Assembly (NCBI RefSeq): GCF_902652985.1
Contig: NC_047020.1
Coordinates: forward strand, 7,440,001 to 7,504,000
Direction: 5' to 3'
Source: Pecten maximus
Taxonomy: Eukaryota
DNA length: 64,000 nt
This document shows positions 27,301-33,300 of this stretch, piece after piece. Every line of letters starts with the position of its first letter. The stretch's first letter is position 1. The position numbers were made by a program, and so were the translations under genes. The notes below the pieces were generated by a model. The model ran no database searches and was not told the origin of the DNA. It saw only the letters and a list, made by a program, of their open reading frames with translations.

Positions 27301-30300
27301 AAGTCATAAATACATTGAAGAATAACAATGTAAATACAGTGGAACTTTGTTAACTCAAACTCACAAAACTCGAATACCCCTCAAAAGTACTTTGTCATTC
27401 CCAACCCGATTTGCTCTTTATCCTTGTGAAAAAACTCGGAAAACTCGAATAACAATTTAAATAGAATGATAATTTGACATGTTAAATGTTAAATTACAGT
27501 TTGTATACAACAGTTATTTCCCTTTGTTCTGGAACGAACTCTTTTTATTAATATGGTTTAATTAAATATATATTTTTGTTGTTTATTTGTTATTAGATGT
27601 TTTTGCAAGTTCTAGACTTATTTATATAAGTGACTGTGATCTTCTATGAACATCTACATGCTTTTGTTATCATTTATGCAAATTTTACAGTACTATGTAT
27701 AGCTTATGCTAATGAGTACTTTAGGGGTTCCGACTGACCAATCAGGATTATCCCCTAGAGGGGGTCGCCAGTATTGACCATAGATTGAGGCAGTGTTTGA
27801 TGTAGGAGGTTGCTGTCATTTTTTCTATGCACTTTCTACGACTTTTCCAAGTGTTTTCACCGATCAAAAACTACCTCGAAGGTGCTTAACTTATAGCCTT
27901 ACGTACCTACAAACATGTGGACGAACTAAACAGTGATCATTTGTGTGTTGTTACAAGTGTTAAGAACTCCGGACATTTTCGTCTGCCGTTGTTTACGTGG
28001 AAAAGATTCGTTGTGTTTCTTCACGTGATGGATTATATGTAATACTCGGTCCATCGACCACTTTCTGTGCTGATCTTAGACACCATAACGTTTGATACGT
28101 TTAAGACTGTTAAATTAAAGGCCTGCGTTTCAGAGAATCGTATTCGGCGCCATGGGTTTTCGTCAACATGTGGTCGTGACCATGTGCCTTTGTTTGTAAA
28201 CGAACCCATTCAACCGTTTCGCCTGGTTTTAAATATGGGACCTAAACGCAGAAACAATCGTCCAACACCATATGATCCAGATTTATTGGAGAATTGGACA
28301 CTTTCCAGGTTACGGGAAGAGTTAAACAGACTAAATGAGCCCTTTCGTAGCAATGAGAAACGGATGGTGCTAGTAAAAAAGTTGAGGGACGCGAGGGCAT
28401 CGAGTGCGCGATCCCATAATGCACCGCGGCAAGATGGCGACCGCGGTAGTGTTGTGAATGTAAACAGCCAGCAAACTTCTAACACTGACAGCAATCACAC
28501 TAGAACTTTAATAGATTTAGTAAGCAGCTTAGCTGACAGCGTCACTAAACTGCAGGACAGTTACGTAAGGCTCGAAAGGCGAGTCTCTAACCGGACGAAT
28601 GATGACACCACAGCAGTGAATCAAACAACCGGACCCGAGCGTACTCTGACACGCAATGCCCCTGCAGCAGCTGCCGGGAGTGACGTACAAATAGCTACAG
28701 ACAATGTTAGAGGAACTCCAACAGAACCCACGTTCCTTGTGCCACCGACGGAGTATACACTAGAAACCGCCTATCGGAGTTTCAATCTCGCCAATACCGG
28801 TCAATCCCAAGGTGAGCAAATTTTGAAAAGAACTCGTTTTGGATTTGCGGCAGAATCGATGCCTTTAGTTGAGACTGTATCCCCGTCTTTGCGACAACAA
28901 ATTATTTCTGGTAAAGATGTTAACTTAGCAGCGCTGCTTATACCCTATTTCTGCGGCCAGAGTGATCCTGGTGCCCACACGTCCGAGAAACCAGACGTTA
29001 GACTAAATAGAACACTCACTCTCAGTGAATTTATTTTGGCTTTTGGGGTGTATAAGCATGTTATGTGTACTGCTCATCCCTCTAGGCATATCGAGTTAGA
29101 TCTCTACGAACGTGATATCGTCGATATGGGTACCCGTTATGCCTTTGGATTTTATGAGTACCATAAGCAATTTTCCTTACGTGCTGCTGCCCATTTACGC
29201 TTCAACAACACTCCCATAGACTGGTCCATTAGGGATAATACTCTCTTTTGTAACATTTTTGCGAATCAAAGACCAGTTACCTGTGAAGTTTGTTGTAGCA
29301 CTCTACATCAAACTAGTTTCTGCCCTACACCTACAGACCAGAGACCAGGACAATTCCAGAAAAATACTGGTACACAGAGAATCTCTACCAACAAAAGTTC
29401 TGCTACACTTGATTCCAAAGGAAGAAAGAAAGAATATCATGAAGGACGCGAAATTTGTAACAATTACAATGGATCAGACGGTTGTAGCAGGCCTGTGTGT
29501 TACTATCACCATGTGTGTTTGAACTGTAAGTCTGGTCACCCCAAGTTTGCGTGCCCTTTAGAGTTAACCAGGCCTCCTACTCGCAAGAAATAGCAGTATC
29601 ACACTCTTTAGTGATAACACCTATTGATATACCGGCTTTGACTTATGAACTTCGTAATCATCCGGATAGGTCGTTTGTTCAACTTTTGATAGATGGGCTC
29701 ACATATGGGTTTGATACCGGTTTTCAGACTTTACCGAATAGGTCTGTTATATGCAAAAATCTAAGATCAGCCTTAGATGACCCTGTTTGCGTTACCGATT
29801 TAGTACAAAAGGAATTAGACAAGGGATACCTTTTAGGGCCTTTTGACTCTATTCCTTTTACCAATTACCGTATTAACCCTATCGGATTGGCAGAGCACAA
29901 ATACTCAAAAAAGAAAAGGCTTATTGTTGACCTATCGGCTCCGCATGATGATTCCGACAACCCCAGTCTGAACAGCCTTATTGACAAGACAACATGCTCT
30001 TTACATTACGTTACTATCGATGATGCTATTCAGCTTATTAAATCACTGGGAAAAAATGCATGGTTAATGAAGACAGACATAACGGACGCTTTCAAGTTAT
30101 TACCTATCAAACCAGAACTGTGGCCTTATCATGGTATTCAGTGGAACAATAAGTTTTATTTCTTTACTAGACTAGTGTTCGGTAGTAGATCGAGCCCTAA
30201 GTTATTTGACAACCTATCTAGAGCAGTCTGCTGGATCGCAAGAAATAACTACAACTTATTGAACATTTTACATCTGTTGGATGATTTTCTAGTAATTGAA

Positions 30301-33300
30301 TCAGCTTCAGTGAATGCTACTGTTACCATGGAGAGACTCTTGTCGGTTTTTTCTAAATTACGCATTCCTCTAGGAGCTCACAAAACCGTGGGTCCCTGTA
30401 CTTCTTTGGAATACCTGGGGGTCATTTTGGATTCCGTTACCAGTGAAGTCCGATTACCATTGGAGAAGATAGCACGGATTTCAACTATAGTAGACTCTTT
30501 TAAGTGGAGGAAATCTTGTACCAAACGTGAACTCCTCAGTCTACTTGGTCATATGATTTTCGCTTGTCGGTGTATCAGACCGGGTCGCTCATTTGTTTCT
30601 CACTTGATTAAACTTTCTACAACAGTTGAGAAATTACATTATCATGTAAAACTCACCGACGATTGTCGCGCAGATCTCGATATGTGGTCTCACTTTTTGA
30701 GACAGTGGAATGGTGTTTCGTTCTTTTTAGATGACCACATAACCAATTCAGCTGACTTACATTTGTTCACTGATGCCACTCTCGACTCATTTGGAGGGAT
30801 TTATTTGAATCAGTGGTTTCAAGGATTTTTTCCTCAGAGCTTAAAAAATACTGACCCGTCTATGGCCCTTTTTGAACTATATCCGATTGTGATGGCGTGT
30901 GTTCTATGGGGACATCAGTGGTCTAAGAAACGTATTTTGTTCCACTGTGACAATTTAGCTACCGTTGAAATCATCTCGAAGGGACGTTCTAAAGTTAAGA
31001 GCATCATGGGGCTTATGCGTAAACTAACTTACCATTCTGCCATCAACAATTATGTCATCCATGCTATTCACATACCCGGGAAACTAAATAATGTTGCGGA
31101 TGCAATTTCTCGGTTCCAGATGCAGCGTTTCAGGCAGCTGGCACCCAAGGCCGATGCCTTTCCAATTCCCTGTCTCCAAATGTCTGCTTTAATGATGAAC
31201 TAAGCTCAGAGGTGGACAAGTTGTGGAACTGTGCTCTAAGTGAAAGAACTCTTGCCACTTACCGATCAGGTTTGAAGTGTTTTCAAACTTTCATTCTCTT
31301 ACAAGGCATCGCCTTTCCAGTGAATTCACTACCACCAGTGTCAGAAGATCTACTTATCCGTTTTGTCACTTATTGCCATACAGCCTTAAGCTTGAAATTT
31401 GACACTATAAAGCTGTACCTGGCTGGCGTGCGTTTTTTCTACATTCGTTATAATTTCGGAGATCCCCTAACTTACACTACAAGATTGTCATACATTTTAC
31501 GGGCAATTAAGAAAAATCGCGTAGGTGATACTTATAAACGTTTTCCTATCACTTGCGATGTGCTTACAAAATTGTGTTGGGTGCTATCTAGTACAAGTGG
31601 TGTGTTTGAGCCTTTTATTGACCAGATGCTCATATGTGTGTTCAAGACAGCCTTTTACGGCTTTCTACGATGTGGCGAGTTTACTTGTTCGAAACGCCAA
31701 GATCACAACTTTATTCGTTTCCGTGATATAAATGTGTTACCTGACAAGTCTTGTTTTCATCTGTGTTTACGCTCTTCGAAAACCGACCCATTCGGTAAAG
31801 GTGTGGTTATCAAAATCTTTGAGAATGGTTCGTTGGCTCCAGTATCCACGATGCAGAACTATTTACAAATGCGACTTTTGCAAGGTGCCAATCCAGATTC
31901 TCCTTTGTTTGTGGACAATGCACTTTCGTCCAAACCTCTTTTGCGCTGCACTTTTATCTCATACTTGAAAGATACTTTAACGCGGGTAGGGGTAGACAAC
32001 CGTGATTACAATGGTCATTCCTTTCGGATTGGTGCTGCCACCTCGGCTGCAGCAGCTGGTGTTGAAGACCATGTTATTCAAACTCTTGGAAGGTGGTCTT
32101 CCGATTGCTACGTACGATATATTCGCATCGACCCTTCGATCGTTGCTCTAGCTCAGATGAATATGACCATTACTAAGTAGGTTGTGTCTTATATTATAGA
32201 TGGCATGTTTATTATCCTAAGTACTGTATATAGGCATGTTTTCATGAGTTCATTCATTATATAATATGTTCAAATCAGTATTAATGATTTTATCTTAATT
32301 TATTGGGGGCTCTCACTCATAAGTAGTAGTGTATACATTTTACTTATTTCGCTCAATTTTGGCTTTTAATTCCAGGGGAATTTATACCCCCAATAAATCG
32401 TTAACATATACATTATATTTCTTCAAGAATACTTAGAGTCAAGAAGTTTCTCTGTCTCCTCGCACAGAGTCAAACTTTTTCTCTTTTATATTCTTTATAC
32501 GCAAACACTAGAGTCAAGTTGCTTCTCCACTCTTCTGGGGAGTCAAGCTTCTTCTCTATGCTTAGCCATCTCTTAAAAGCATAAAGTCAAGTTGCTTCTC
32601 TGAAGTTCGGCAGGGTCAAGCTTCTTCTTTATGTAGTTTTATACTTATAATTAGAGTCAAGTCGCTTCTCTGGAGTTTCGACAGGGTCAAGCCTCTTCTC
32701 TATGTTTTTTACTTAGGTTGGTAATAGTATGTTATGTATGTAGCTATGTTTTGAGTGAGTAGCCCCTGATTGCCAAATTTTATGTTTTCTGTAGTAATAA
32801 ACTGGTTAACTGTTGATTGCGTTTTTGTTGTATATAAAATGATAATTTGACATGTTAAATGTTAAATTACAGTTTGTATACAACAGTTATTTCCCTTTGT
32901 TCTGGAACGAACTCTTTTTATTAATATGGTTTAATTAAATATATATTTTTGTTGTTTATTTGTTATTAGATGTTTTTGCAAGTTCTAGACTTATTTATAT
33001 AAGTGACTGTGATCTTCTATGAACATCTACATGCTTTTGTTATCATTTATGCAAATTTTACAGTACTATGTATAGCTTATGCTAATGAGTACTTTAGGGG
33101 TTCCGACTGACCAATCAGGATTATCCCCTAGAGGGGGTCGCCAGTATTGACCATAGATTGAGGCAGTGTTTGATGTAGGAGGTTGCTGTCATTTTTTCTA
33201 TGCACCCACCCACCATCCCCTGCATCACCGCTTTTATTTCATTTTCTCTGCATTTTTATAATTTTTGCGATTACATCTTTCTGTCTTATGTATATCATGG

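Larger units (their letters stand above)
24560..27335. repeat. 50-bp minisatellite (degenerate end continues at 33849-33895 beyond the retrotransposon)
   Basis: Unit ttggacagtgttatagttgGTAAGTcacaaatacagacaaaaacaatata. Confidence 0.95.

Noticed and set aside
28067-28234. N-terminal extension of Gag from the GTG at 28067
   Set aside because: First ATG is at 28235 and the upstream peptide shows no recognisable features; treated as 5' UTR
32433-32704. CRISPR array
   Set aside because: Eukaryotic retroelement context, degenerate 18-nt repeats, spacers too short and partly related, no cas genes
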